From: Octopus vulgaris
Lineage: Eukaryota
Assembly: GCA_951406725.2 (NCBI GenBank)
Contig: OX597836.1
Span: 2,356,001 to 2,420,000 of the forward strand
Direction: 5' to 3'
Length of the DNA: 64,000 nt
Program-made: the position numbers and the translations under genes
Notes under the pieces: generated by a model
Databases searched by the model: none
What the model saw: only the letters and a program-made list of their open reading frames with translations
Told to the model about the DNA's origin: nothing
Shown here: in pieces, positions 13,911 to 28,828 of the stretch
Numbering within the stretch: position 1 is the stretch's first letter
Layout: each line of letters starts with the position of its first letter

Positions 13911-14662
13911 TGTTTGTGTGTGTGTGTGTGTGTTTGTGTGTGTAAGGAAGTGTTAGAAGCCAACTACCAACGTTGCTCAAAATCTATTCGTACAAATATA
14001 AAGATAGAACACCTACGAAAATCAAGTTTGCTTTGAACGCCATGAGTTTTTCATAGCCTGATCAGGAAACACGTGTCTGCTCACTCTGGACCAGCTCACA
14101 CTTTCCATCATCCGCAGCGAAATAAAGCTGGGATTTTTCATGCCATAATAAAGCTGTTCTTTCCGCTCCTACTACTCATGTTTTTCTTCTTATTTGATGA
14201 AAAACATGAAGGCTGGGTAATTCAGGAATTTGTTTTGGAACTTCCAGTTGTCACGTTCGAGTTTTGCAATGTCAGCTTTATCTTCGAGATTAGTGTTGCA
14301 TACAAACTAAAACAGTTCGACTGAAAATTCCATGATGGCAATTTTATGGAAATGTGTCTCTGGAAAAAATTGTATAATTAAGGGCAAGATTTTAGATATC
14401 GCCAAAAAAATGACGAAATTGCCATCTTGTAGGAAGTATCCCATAAGTTTTTCAGATTTCGAAATATAATTTAGCGCTGAGCTTGAAAAATTAAGTTCTA
14501 TAGTTCTTCGTCATTTACTCTACCGAAATTAGGGGATTATTTCAAATCCCAGCCACCCTATTCCCACCCCAAACGCTTTATTTGCCAAGGTCTCTGTCAT
14601 TTTCTCTACGCCCTTCATTCTCCACTGTATATGACTATATTAATATAAATATAAATATAAAG

Positions 14663-14727
<65 letters not shown>

Positions 14728-15232
14728 AAACCATGTATATATACATATGTTTTTATACATGCATAAATATATGCATGTATATATGTATATATCATATGAT
14801 ATATTTTCACATACATACATACATAAGTATAATGCATGTATATTTATATAAGCATATATATATATAAGTGTGTCCATAGATATATATAATCTCATTCTGG
14901 CTATGTTTTCATTTAATCAACTTGTTCAGCTACAAACAATCAAGGCAGAATAATGAATACAATAAATAAAGACGGGAAAAGTAGGGGAGAATGAAGAGAA
15001 AAAAAGTAATGAAATATATAAATACGGATATGTGTGTCTAGCCCTGTAGATAGGGATTGACATTGGGAAGTAGCGACATCTGTCGAGTAAATAATGAGTA
15101 GAAAATTGAGTATGAAATCTAGTGTGATTCCCAGTCGCGACCATTGTTAACAAGCGGAAATGTTAATCCTCACGTATACATAACATACGCATACGCCTGT
15201 GTGTGTACATGTATATATATATATATATATAC

Positions 15233-15267
<35 letters not shown>

Positions 15268-16261
15268 TGCGTGTGTGCGTGTGTATGTGTGTGTGTGTGT
15301 AAGTATGAATGTTTGTATATAAATAATTCGTACATGTGCGTGATTTATGTATATGATATATATATATATATATATACACAAACACACACACGGACATACA
15401 CAGACACAAGACACAAGCACACACATTTCCCCCTCTTTCTATGTCAGCATTATGTTGTGTACATGTTTGCTTATATACTTTAAGTAACTGGTGTAATGAA
15501 AATTAATTATAAAATTATTTATACACTTGCATACAAACAGTGTCTTGCGGGTTGCTTGGTGCGCAATTGTTTGGAGAAGTTTTGTATTAAAACGTTTGCA
15601 TATAATTTCGCATAAGTTCAACAGATGTTTAAACGTTAACCAATTAAAGATCTTATTAACGTGTCGTTGGCTGAATTGGTATCTTGAAGTCAAATACTGC
15701 CTGAAATTTCTTCTGTAATTTTACGTTCTGTATTCAAATAATGCCAAGTCCTGTTAGGATTTTCATCGCTCTCGTGTATCTTTTCATTCATCTTCTGCTA
15801 GTGTTGAAGACATTAGAGTGCCAGGATGCTAGGGCTCTGGCTTGAAGAATTTGTGGTCGAATGCATTGAACCCTGTACTTTTTAAAGTCTGGTGTTATTC
15901 TATCGAGTCTTTTGCTGAACCGCAAAATTATGGGTGAAATGAACTCGCCAACACAGTGGTGTTGGCGAGTTCATAAATACATACATACGTACTTGCATAC
16001 AATACTTAGACCATGGGATATGCAACACACTACCTAAATACCAATCTTGAGAAATTAGGCTTCTCAAAGCCAGAAAGGAGAAAGCTAATTCGAAGACTAC
16101 ATATGAAATTTATCACTGGAACTGTAAAAATCTGTAAAACTTTCCAGAAGTTTATCATTTAAGTATATATGAGCATGTCTAGATATGCAGTATATGCATG
16201 ATAAGACATACATAAAGCATACAAATCTGCACATAGATACATACATACATACATACATACA

Positions 16262-16295
<34 letters not shown>

Positions 16296-16489
16296 CATAA
16301 TATATACATACATAAATACATATAAATACATACGTCCGTACATGCATACATACATACGCACATACATACAATTACACCCTATTGCTGATGTTGAAATTCC
16401 AATAAAGGAAACCGGTTCTTTCCCATTTGGCAAAACATCTTGAGATAAAACTTGAATAATGGCATACGTATATATCTTCTAATTTTATA

Positions 16490-16652
16490 TTTTATTTCTT
16501 TCAGTCATTAGATTGCGGCCTTGCTGGGGTACCACTTTGAAGAATGTATAGACGAATGTATCGAGACAAGTACTTTTTTTTTGTAAACCTGGTACTTATT
16601 TTGTCGATCTTATTTGCCGACCCACTAAGTTACGGGGACATAAACACAGACG
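16490..16652 (-). mobile_element. SINE family C, 3' half
   Basis: Reverse-complement match to 13575-13752. Confidence 0.7.
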
Positions 16653-16767
<115 letters not shown>

Positions 16768-17184
16768 TGATGTCCCCGGTCACTGATCCTGTGTACTAAA
16801 TTTCATTGACAGTGAATTGTTCAGCGATTGAATTCATCGGTAGATGGCATTTGCGTCAAGTGTCGCATAATGCGTCCTGCTGAACATCACGTTATAACAA
16901 AGCATCCTTTTTAAATACAAGTCATTCTTGGCTTATCTACAGCTAAAAAAAAAAGCGTTTGATGAATTGCGCCATTCTGTCGTTTTGAACTAAAAAAAAC
17001 ACGTTATTTGCTTGAAATGCATGTAACGGATTGTGTGCGGTGCTCTATTGATCACCGTTCCTACCTACAAAATATCATTAAATCAAGTGCCACAAAAAAC
17101 TTCATTAAAAACAAAATAATAACGATGAGAAATATTGAAGCGAAATACGAAATATGATAATGATCAGAAATACGATCGCTCCAA

Positions 17185-17225
17185 TGATGATAATAACGAT
17201 GACGATGACGATGACGATGATGATG

Positions 17226-17316
<91 letters not shown>

Positions 17317-17443
17317 CGATGATGATGTTGATGATGGTGATGATGATGATGATGATGGCGCCGAGTCGCCGCTGACAGAACCAACCATGATGAAGTGTAT
17401 GTTCATGGAAACGATGACGATGTTGATAATGGCGATGATTACA

Positions 17444-17495
<52 letters not shown>
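17185..17495. repeat. (GAT)n microsatellites
   Basis: Direct reading; source of the poly-D/H/M/S ORFs. Confidence 0.95.
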
Positions 17496-17496
<1 letters not shown>

Positions 17497-18717
17497 TATT
17501 ATAATGATAGTGGGCTGATTCACTGAATAACTCCACTTCATTTATTTCTTTCCTTCATTAAATGTACGAGATGTTTATTTCATTTTTTTTGCCTTTATTG
17601 TTTTTTTTATGCTCCCATACACTCGCTTCTACATCACCGTTCATATCTCTGTGTATTTTATTTTTATCATTATTATTATTATTATTATCATTAATGTTGT
17701 TTTTGTCGTTATCATCATCATCATCATCATCATCATCATTATCATCATCATCATTATTATCAACATCAGTATCCTTTATTTTTCATTGCTTTTTCGTTTT
17801 CTTGTCTGCTAACATTTTTTTTTTCTAATACCAATAATGATCGGTGCTAACATCAAAAGTTGTCCTCAATTAGTGCGTCTTTAGATCTTTGACCAATGAC
17901 CATCGCAATAAGCAATGGGGTGTGTTGGGATAGTATGCGGTTCGATGCTTCGTTGAGATTAATATTTCACAGACCAATTTCAGCAAGAATTGAAAGATTA
18001 AAGAAAAAAAATGCCCACGTAAAATACATAAAAAGTACTGAAGATGTGATCTTTGAAGCGTCAACACTTAAAACTTAACACCACTGATGTCTAGATGTCT
18101 CAGTGTTGTTTTATAGCTTCAGAAATTTCGCAGAGGTTGTGAGGTGCCCTCGAATTCTTTTTACATATATGCTGTAGTCAGAAAAGGCTGGGCAGTACCC
18201 ATGAACGTATTCAAGGCCTCTGCGTTTGTTTCGAAAGAAGGGCGGAAGTTATTCTCAGTCCAGAAGTATGTGTTATCGATCAGAGATAATGAATGATAGA
18301 TGGGAAGTATAAACACGGAAGTGGAAGCAAGTGTATCTGCGTCTCGGGTGTCAACTACTGAATATTGTAGGGATACAGCGCTCGCTCCTTTTCGTAATGC
18401 TACAACAACCTCTTAAAGGGAGCCACCCAGGTCAGTGAATGTATTTGTAGCTAAACTACGTTTCTATATTTGTAGCTAAACTACAATAATTTCTTTGATT
18501 TTTGCCACCCACATTCTTCTCCGTTGAGAATCCAATGGCTTTCCTAACATGCTAGAAATACCAGCAAAATACGTTTTCCCCCAAATAAAACTTACTCACT
18601 TGAAGGAACAGAGCGGATGCATTTACAAATAGTCGATATTCAATGGAGAAAAATCGACTTCATCAGTGGAGAATTATATTTGAGCAGTTCAATGAGCTCT
18701 GATATCAATACAGCTGA

Positions 18718-18920
18718 AAGGCGGCGAGGTGAGAGAATCGTCAGTACACCGGACGAAGAGCTCAGTGACATTGTGCCAATCTTCACGTTCTGAGGTGGGT
18801 CACTTTGTCTTCATCTGTTCGTGGTCGATAAAATAAGTACCATTTGAGTACTGGGGTCGGTGTAATGGCCTTAACCCTCACCCAGAATTGTTGGCCTTGT
18901 GCCAAATTTGAAAGCAATAT
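18718..18920 (+). mobile_element. Degenerate SINE family A copy
   Basis: ggcggcgag...ggtcgataaaataagtacc...tactggggtcg...ggccttgtgccaaatttgaaa. Confidence 0.7.
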
Positions 18921-19344
18921 ACCTGTAGCTGCAAATCGACAATGAAGATCCTTCAGGCATTTGTCTCATCTGCAAGAAAGAGCAGAGTTTGTATTTACTA
19001 TATAAAAGCCTTGATGAATCGATCGGTCTCAGTTGCGGCTTGTCCTATATCGCGGAGTGGCCTAGCAGACTTCACTAGTTTAACTAGGCCAACCAATGTT
19101 ACGGTTCAGAAAGCTTGTCTCTGCTGGTTGAATCATTCGGAACTTGCTGAGGCAGAGGTAGGTACGGATATGAATTTTGATCCACAATTGCTGCTCCTGG
19201 GGTGGGTGATGCTTGTGGACAAAGGCTTTGTATTTCTATCCAAATTCCCAAACGTTTATCACTGGAGGGATTAAAGTTGTACGAAAAATAAGTCGTAAAT
19301 TCAAACTGAAGATATCTTACACACACACAGAGACCCCCCCCCAC

Positions 19345-19376
<32 letters not shown>

Positions 19377-20195
19377 ATATAAGCAGTGAGCAGGATGTAA
19401 GGTAAGCATGTCAATAAGTCTCTGTAAGAAACTCGTCGTGACGTCCTCACAGAAAATAATCAGATAATAAACTTATAATAAATGAAGTGATGTCACTCAT
19501 TCATTGCCATTACAAAGTTTATTAACATGAGTAGGATAACCAGTTACCGTTCCTAAAGAAGAAAGTTGTCTACGAGTCAGTTCCTATTCTAGAAGTTCTT
19601 CCGTAATCAGTCAAGACACAATTATAAGCTCCGACAAATCATTATCCAAATAGATCTTACACACTTATCTATTATGCAGCTGCCATTTGCTATGTTTTAA
19701 AATTATTTACAAACTATTCGACGCATATTGTTTTTGGATGAAAACATATAAATATTTTCCATTACATAACCAATGAAGAAGCGTTTCCAACAGGAATTCT
19801 GTAAGAGTTCTTAATATAATAAACAGAGACCCATCAAGAGAAGTACTGGAACGCTTACAGCAACCGTATGACATAAACCAAGCGGCGTGTAAAAACGGCA
19901 AGGCTTAACAATCGATGCCAATCACGTATTGGCAAGCGGATATTTCATGATGCAAATCCCGTCAGCCGCACAAAACTCAACAGTGGATCACGCGTTAGCA
20001 TTTCACAGGGATTATAAAGGACGAAATCTACAAAGGCTGTCTTTGAACATGCATTGTTTTCAAATCTTTCTGTTGAGTCAGAACAGCATTTCAGAGTAGG
20101 TCATCTCTATTATATTATATGCGCATACACTGAAAACACGTACGCATAGATATAACTATACATGCATAACTATACACACACATATGCATATATAT

Positions 20196-20424
20196 GGCGA
20201 GCTGGCAGAATAGTTAGCGCGCCGGGCGAAATGCTTAACGGTATTTCGTCTGCCGTTACGTTCTGAGTTCAAATTCCGCCGAGGTCGACTTTGCCTGTCA
20301 TCCTTTCGGGGTCGATAAATTAAGTACCAGTGACGCACTGGGGTCGATGTAATCGACTTAATCCCTTTGTCTGTCCTTGTTTGTCCTCTCTGTGTTTAGC
20401 CCCTTGTGGGTAGTAAAGAAATAA
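20196..20424 (+). mobile_element. tRNA-derived SINE, family A
   Basis: Head GGCGAGCTGGCAGAA..., B-box-like GAGTTCAAATTCC; near-identical to 3874-4106 in opposite orientation. Confidence 0.85.
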
Positions 20425-20661
20425 TATATATACATATATACATTTGTATGTGTCTATGTATGTATCTATCTATCTCTTTCTCTCCGTCACTCTCCGTCAC
20501 TCTCCGTCACTCTCTCTCTCTCCTCTGTCTCAAGTAAACACGTTAAAATTGTAAATAAAACAGGTTAATTTCCTCCTACCTAAACAAGCTGTTGTTTTCT
20601 ACTTCTGTAAATTTACATTTACACATTATGGGTTTCCAGCTCATCTCATCTAGCACGGCTC

Positions 20662-20694
20662 TTTCTGAAGAAGACCTTTGCTCGAAACGTAAAA
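20662..20694 (+). ncRNA. Minimal type I hammerhead-like motif
   Basis: ttt-CTGAAGA-A-GACC ttt GCTC-GAAA-CGT-A-aaa; intact core, one stem II mismatch, palindromic ACGT helix III. Confidence 0.55.
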
Positions 20695-20744
20695 CCATCT
20701 TTCTTTCCTTGGCTGAGTGCCTGCTAATATGTATGTGTATGTGT

Positions 20745-20935
20745 TTGTGTGTCTGTGTGTATCCCCTCAACATCGCTTGAGAACCGATGCGGGTGCGTTG
20801 ACGTCCCCGTAACCTAGCGGTTCGGCAAAAGAGGTCGATAGAATAAGTGTTAGGCTTACAAAGAATAAGTCCTGGGGTCGATTTGCTCGACTGATGGCGG
20901 TGCTCCAGCATGGCCACAATCAAATGACTGAAACA
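20745..20935 (+). mobile_element. SINE family C, 3' half
   Basis: Matches 13575-13752 and 48420-48640. Confidence 0.75.
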
Positions 20936-21199
20936 TACATATGTGTATATATATATATATAAGAAACACACGGCAGCAGCAGGCATTCACTTGTAAACGT
21001 CCATATATTTGTCAAACCTGTCGCATGGTTTCCCTTTTAGAGACGTAGGCAGTTACATACGAGATCATTGCTACAAACGATTACCTTCATACATTAAATT
21101 ATGCGCAGATGAATACGAAATGTAATGCGCAATTTCCTGTATAGAAATATAATTGAGAATGCATGAATATATATATATATATACTTTTCTTTTTTTTCT

Positions 21200-21352
21200 T
21201 TTATTCTTTTACTTGTTTCGGTTATTTGTCTTCGGCCAAGTTGGAGCACCGCATTTAGTCGAGCAAATGGACCCCAGGACTTATTTTTTTGTAAGCCTAG
21301 TACTTATTCTATTGGTCACTTTTTCCGAACCTCTAATTTACGGGGACGTAAT
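21200..21352 (-). mobile_element. SINE family C, 3' half
   Basis: Reverse-complement match to 20745-20935. Confidence 0.7.
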
Positions 21353-21589
21353 TACACTCGACTTGTCGGTTGGCCCGGTCGACCTCGAAGCAGATAAAGC
21401 TACAAATAATATCGAGTAAATATTAGCTGAAGAATTCCTTTGGATAGAGCAATTTAACAGTTGCTACTCTGCAATGAGATACGCTGTCCTCCAAAAGAAT
21501 TACACGCACACACACATATACGTACCATATGTATATATGTATATGTAAACATATATATATGTATGTATATACATACACACACACACACG

Positions 21590-21639
<50 letters not shown>

Positions 21640-21779
21640 CACAAATAGGTACATAGACAGACACAGACAGACACATACATACAAACATATACATATACAT
21701 ATAAATATATATATATATATATATCCACCCACCCACACATCCACGCACAGATACGTACACAGTATATCACTGGCGTATA

Positions 21780-22100
21780 AAAGACTCCGCCGGTTACACG
21801 ACGAGGGTCCCAGCTGATACGATCAACGGAACAGCTTGCTCGTGAAATACGTGCAAATGGCTGAGCATTCCACAGACACGTGTACCCTTAACGTAGTTCT
21901 CGGGGATAATCAGCGTGACACAGAGAGTGACAAGGCTGACCCTTTGAAATACAAGTACAACTCATTTTTGCCAGCTGAGTGGACTGGAGCAACGTGAAAT
22001 AAAGTATCTTGCTCAAGGACACAACGCGTCGCCGGGAATCGAACTCACAACATTACGATCATGAGCCGAATGCCCTAACCACTAAGCCACGCGCCCTCAC
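21780..22100 (-). mobile_element. tRNA-derived SINE family B with 14-bp TSD
   Basis: Minus-strand head GGCGCGTGGCTTAGTGGTTAGG (A box) and GAGTTCGATTCC (B box); direct repeat atcactggcgtata at 21766-21779 and 22101-22114. Confidence 0.9.
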
Positions 22101-23739
22101 ATCACTGGCGTATACGTGTATGCAGATATGTCAACGCAATGAAGTGAATACGCGTAGAGACTGACTGACAGCCTCAGACACAGACATCTTCACAGATTTA
22201 TAATGAGAAAAACAAAAAAAGGTTAGAAAGGAAGAAATTCTATTCGGACAGTGATTTTGTGAAGATTTATTTATTCGTTTATGTTATTTTTTTTTCCTGT
22301 ATTTAATGACAGATAGGAATGTAATTAGAAACTTTGACACTCATTAGCTTAGTGTCATATGCAAATCATTTCATACGGATTATTTCATCAATGAAGAAAA
22401 CATATCTCTCCTAATTAAATAAAGCCAAAAAAGTGAAAAACAGTAAGAACGATGGAAAGGAGGAAAGACAGAAGGAAGGAAGGAAGTAATGAAAGAAAGG
22501 AACACAAAATAGGAACAAATAATAATGATAAAATATGGGAAGTATATATATATATATCTATCTATATATATATATATATGTATTGTTGATTTTACTGTTT
22601 ATAATTTTGTATCGGGATCAGATGTCTTTTGTTTATTTTCATTTTGTTTCTGTTATTCGGGTTTTCTTTCGATGTTGTTCGAGCCTATGTTGTTTTGTTG
22701 TTGATGTTGTTGTTGGCCTTGATGTTGTTGTGGTTATTGTTACTGTTTAGTATTAGGTCAAACCCTGATCACACAGAGCTTCGAGCGCTGGCATATCTGC
22801 CATGCATTTTGACCCTTTCCCCTGCGCTATCGATTATCTAAAATTTCATTATTCAATATATACCCCTTACATTCTCAAACGGGTCCCAGGAAATCGAACG
22901 AGATGTTGTAACTATCCCTTGTATTTTAAGCAACCATATTGACTCTCCTATATTGAATTGAATTTCTTGTAAGGATCCTTAATTTGCAATATTGTCAAAT
23001 AATCATTCTTTAACATTTTGACTCCCAAATTTCCGGGAATAAAATTCCCACCAATATCGATCGTCTGTTTGATCCTTCACCAAAGATCGATAAAATAAAT
23101 GCGAGTTACTGATCGATTGAAGAATAGGTTATCGATAATTACTAATTGTCTAAATGTGATTAAAGCAGAACTGACTCAAATTATTTGATCATTGGATGAA
23201 AATCCTTTCTATGTGAGTTTTTCTGTTCTGAGATCAAATCCTGTGGGAGACAGGTTTCCATTTTATTCTTACAATCTCGATAAAATAATTTAGGAATATT
23301 AAAACGCTGGACAATTTGCTTTATGTGTTTTATTCTCTTCTTCACGTTCTGTGAACACAGGCAAGAAAATATTTTGTATAACTTCCTCGACGAAAAGCAA
23401 ATTTACTAGAAATTTTTATGAAAATTCGTGGCCCCCGGAAGGATAATACTTACGCTGGTTTATCTCAAGTGTGATTGAATAGAAAAAACAAATGAGTGAT
23501 CGGTGTGTGGCTTTTTTAAACTTCAGCTCAGAAATTATGTACGCTAAAGAAATTTGAAACGAAGTACTCTGATATTTCGTTTAGTCTTAGTTTCAAACCA
23601 TATCATCTGTTTCTATTGATGCCTACCCTTCCAAAGTTGGGTTGGGTACAATTAAAATTACACCAAACAGGTTCTAAATGTTGGTGCCCTGGTTAAGTCA
23701 CCAACGAACGTTTGAAATCAGAGATAAAATGCAACATTC

Positions 23740-24290
23740 TAAAGCATTCGAAGAAATTGTGGCGGAATTCCATAAAACTGGAAGATATCTTCCCAAAAAA
23801 GCTCATTGTTCAATGATATCGTAAGTATACAAACAATTATGGACAAATCAGAGACGCAATGCATTCGCTCGTAGATATGAAGAAATACAGCGGAAAAAGA
23901 CATAAATAATGGAAACGGTACCAAAAACAACATTCACGAAAACAACATTATACTCCAAGATTTAAATTCATAAAAAAAAACAGAAAGGAAGAACAACGAA
24001 TAATCATGTGTCTGTATAAGAATTTGATCTGGGGCGCCAGAATATCAAAAAACAACGCAAGAGGCTATAGATAAATCAAAAGAAAAATCAAATCCGATTA
24101 GAGAACTTTGATGCAACCGCCGTATCTGAGAAAAATCCTCGCTAAATATAGATCAAATAAAACGATAGAGAATTAAATAAAGAGAAATTTATTGGGCAAT
24201 GATAGAAATTAAAAATAACTTTGAACAGAGTAGATTTAGATATCTGTCAAAAAGTTGAGGACCTGGGTGAGAAATGAACGGCAGAAATAG
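23740..24290 (+). pseudogene. Possible highly decayed L1/Tx1-like LINE 3' fragment
   Basis: A-rich, coding-like stretch with a LYKNLIWGAR segment reminiscent of L1/Tx1 ORF2 C-termini; weak. Confidence 0.25.
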
Positions 24291-24877
24291 CAACAACATT
24301 TGACCTAAACTAAGAATCACAACAACAAATTACATTACAGCAAAATATGATATATACATTTGTATGCGAACTACATAAATTTGTAGCCCACAATAATTTA
24401 GTGAAAATATATAAAAGACGATAACATGTATTAATATATATCGTAGAGTATTTCCAAAAGAGGGCCATTGTGTATTTCGTATATGCATACAAGCTAACTG
24501 CATCGTGCACTAACAGTGCATTCAGCGTTTCGAATTTTGCGCGCTGCTGCCTACAGGAAACTTTTCTATACGACGTAATCGTAGATACGAATTATCTAAG
24601 TAAATTATACCAGAAGTATTTAAACATGTATGTGTGTGCGTGCGCGTGTGTGTGTAGCCAAATTTGTTATGTACATATGTATGTATGTACATATATCATC
24701 AGGGTGATGAAAAGTTCAAAGAAATTTTGTCCCCAAAATAAAAAAGAACTCAGATTTAAATTGAAAAGATTTTATCTATAATTGGTAGCCCTTCATAGCA
24801 TATTCTTGTCTGACTAACGATCGCGAATTAAATGCACATACACACATTCCCATATACAAACATTCACAAATACACGC

Positions 24878-24926
<49 letters not shown>

Positions 24927-24928
<2 letters not shown>

Positions 24929-25075
24929 TTGTTTCCGACGAAGAGCTCCGCTCAAAACGTTAAACCCTCCTTCCCTTCTTTCCTGAGCGTCAATAATACT
25001 TTAATTGTTCCACGTCCTGCGTTGCTGTGTTTTTTTTCTCTTTTTTTCTTTTTTTCTGTGTTTTCTTGTTTGGAT

Positions 25076-25080
<5 letters not shown>
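24927..25080 (+). mobile_element. Short (TA)n-embedded element with a degenerate minimal hammerhead at its 5' end
   Basis: gttt-CCGACGA-A-GAGC tcc GCTC-AAAA-CGT-T-aaac (24931-24965), then a T-rich tail; (TA)n on both sides. Confidence 0.65.
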
Positions 25081-25126
<46 letters not shown>

Positions 25127-25452
25127 AAATTGAAGAAATGAGCAGGAAAGCTCCAGGTTAAATATTTCTATGTGGCCAGTAGAACCACATCAGTTCTGCC
25201 TATTAACTTGTGTTCCTTTGTCCACTTGTGACTAAGGTATCTTTAGCCCTTGCACGTGGTGAGCAGCTAGTGGTGTAACCCTCGATCAGTAATTATTACT
25301 CCCGTTGTTTTGCTCCAATCCATCAGTTTGTATATTTATTCGTATTCATAGCAATCTTAGTTGCTAATCGTGGACAATAGGGACACGTTTTTCAACTTAT
25401 CGGACTTCGATTTGGCTTCCCGATAGTTGGTTCTTTCCAAAGAATGTGAGAG

Positions 25453-25485
<33 letters not shown>

Positions 25486-25553
25486 AATAAAGAGGGAGAG
25501 AGAGATAAAGAGAGAAAGAGGAATAGATAGATAGATAAATACAGAGAGAGAAA

Positions 25554-25588
<35 letters not shown>

Positions 25589-25881
25589 GTATACATATCG
25601 GATATAAGTTTGTATGCGTATTTTATAAATATAAATTTTCAAATATGCATTTATGTCTAGAGACGAGAAACGGAAGATGTTATTAATTCAGTCGGGAATT
25701 AAATGAATTAAATGAATTAAATTTACTTCTTCGTCTACAAATGCGTGCAAATAAGTGGAATGAAAAGCGTCGGAGAATGAATCTTAGAACAAACTTTACA
25801 TCACATATAACAACGAAATCAACATCATTTTCATCATCATCATCAACCATATTATATTGATAATGGAACTACTGCTGCAGC

Positions 25882-26001
<120 letters not shown>

Positions 26002-26513
26002 TCCGGCTGCTGCTGGTGCTTTAATTTTGGTAATTCGGCGGTGATTTATGTTTTCGCAATAGTTACGTTAATGTTACACAAGATTAGCAGTAAGTACACT
26101 TAGAGCCGCCGCATGGAATATATATGTATATGTATATGCTCACGAGGGAAATGTACACCAATTAAATGATCTTATAACGAGAAACATATGCGTAGAATGT
26201 TTTTGTGTCTCTGGGTATATGCATAAAGTGATATATGTACGTATCGTGTATATAATATATATGTATATATACACAAGCATACACACATACACGTACACTT
26301 ATATATATATATATAAATATATATATATACATATATATATATTTACATGTGTATATGTATGAATATATATATATACATACACGTATATATATATATATAT
26401 ATTTATGTATATATACATATATATGTGTGTATATATATACATATATATATGTGTATATATATGTATATATATATATATATATGTGTGTATATATATACAT
26501 ATATATGTGTATA

Positions 26514-26559
<46 letters not shown>

Positions 26560-26568
26560 CATATGTGT

Positions 26569-26612
<44 letters not shown>

Positions 26613-28063
26613 GTATATATAAGATACATAGGTGCACATACGCACAGAGATACATAAATCTTTATGCAGAATTGAATTCAACCTGGTGCTGTGATGCCGA
26701 TATTCTGGGTATATATCTCTCTATATCACGCATGTATTACGCCTTTATATATATATAAACACATGTCTGTATTTTACATGTATACGCCCTTACATAAGTT
26801 CATCTTTGCCTTCCTTTGTTTACATACGTCCGCCTATGTACGTGTGTTTAAAGAACGTATTTGCACGCGACCACAACAACGACTGACTACCAAATTTTAT
26901 AACATGTCGGGTCATTTCTAAGTACGCATTAGTTTACATTTATGATTATGTTAACAAATCCCAGCTATGTATTACTATCATATACGCAGCCAATTAAAAC
27001 CAAACATACGAACATACGAACGAACATGCTTGCTGTATATTTTCAAAATGTAAGCCTCTCTCAACTCTGGCATAAACCCCAAACTTATTTAGGGGGAAAT
27101 TTCTCGCCAGTGGCACATATTGAAATTTTGAGGAGGTTTTTTAATGTGATATTTGATTGCAAGGATGTGTAAACACGTCTTTCATTATTAAAAGTACTTT
27201 GAGAATAAATAAGGAAACACGGGTTTACACATCCTTACAATCAAATACAACATAGTCAAAAACCCGCCTATTTGAAATGAGTGCAGCTTGTGTATATCGG
27301 TGAAATTTGCTATGAAAAATAATTCGTAATTCAAAATGTGAAACTTATTGTTGTCATCATTCATTCCTATTACAAACGAGAGAGATCTGAGTGGTAAGGG
27401 CTGTCCTAGGCATAAACAAAATCAGAAGCAACAATTTGAATTGAAACACTGGTCGGTACAATTGCTTGAACATCATATCTTCGAAAGACTAAGTCGCTGT
27501 ACTCTGCGCTCTTTAAGAAATAAACTTGTTCCTATGTTACTGAAACTGTTTACGTTTTCACTACAACCATTGAGTGTCTATAAAATAATTCACGGTTTAA
27601 AAATTCCTGGCAAGATTATACTTTTCAGCTCTGTCTATATTAGCTTCTGTTTAATAGGTTTTTCTTGCCAATAATCTAAATCTAACTTTTGGGCGTGTTG
27701 TCAATAGTTAATTAAGATCTACTGCAGCGACAACAGGGAATATGGGAAGTCAGCGGAATAAAGTTGTGATGTTGGCAGAGGTATAAATAAAATTTTCTTT
27801 ATATCTTTCTCCACGAAAGTAGTTATACATGCGATGCTTAATTGATATACACACTCGCTCGCACACACATTCACGCATATATACACTCCCACACACAAGC
27901 ACACACACAAACACAAACGATTGTATATTTATGACTATGTGGGCGATATGACTGAGTGAAGGTCGTGGATGTGTAGCCTGTATTTGGGGGACAGGGCTTT
28001 TACTGAGACGCAAATCAATCTCACAAAACAAATGCACATTAGTCTCAGTGAGTATTATGTATA

Positions 28064-28123
<60 letters not shown>

Positions 28124-28455
28124 CTGAGAATAATTTCCAAATAATAAAGAATAAATCGGAGTTACTCATGCATGTGTTTGTATATGTGGGGTGTTTGGCG
28201 TGTAGGAGTGTGTGCACGAGTGTGTAAGTGTGTGGTGTGTGTGCGTGTGTGTCTGTCTGTGGTTGTAAGAATATACACGTACAAAATCATAAACATGTTT
28301 ATGGACGAGTGTGTTTATGATTGTATTTCATGCAAAGAAATACACAAGTGGTTGCTTCCATTCTGAAAATTTGATTGCTCTAAACAGTATATAATTAACA
28401 CACACACACACACATACACAAACACACACACATATATATATGTATATATATTGGA

Positions 28456-28775
28456 GCACTTCATCGATTACGACGGCGAGGGTCTAAGCTAATGCAATTA
28501 ACAGGACAGCTTGCTCCTGAAATTAAAGTGCAGGTGGCTGAGCACTCCGCAGTCACGTGTACTGTTAACGTAGTTTTCAGGGAGATTCAACGTGACGCAG
28601 AGAGTGAAAAGAGTGGCTCTTTCAAATACAGGTACAACTCATTTTTGCCAAAGGTGTGCACTGCAGCAACGTGAGAATAAAGTGTCTTGCTCAAGGACAC
28701 AATGAGTCACCCGGAATTGAAATAACGACCTTACGATCGTGAGGAGAATGCCCCAACCACTAAGCCACGTTCCTC

Positions 28776-28778
<3 letters not shown>
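28456..28778 (-). mobile_element. SINE family B copy
   Basis: Colinear diverged match to 21780-22100. Confidence 0.85.

Positions 28779-28828
<50 letters not shown>

Noticed and set aside
21780-22100. tRNA gene suggested by A and B boxes
   Set aside because: No full cloverleaf; it is the tRNA-derived head of a TSD-flanked SINE.
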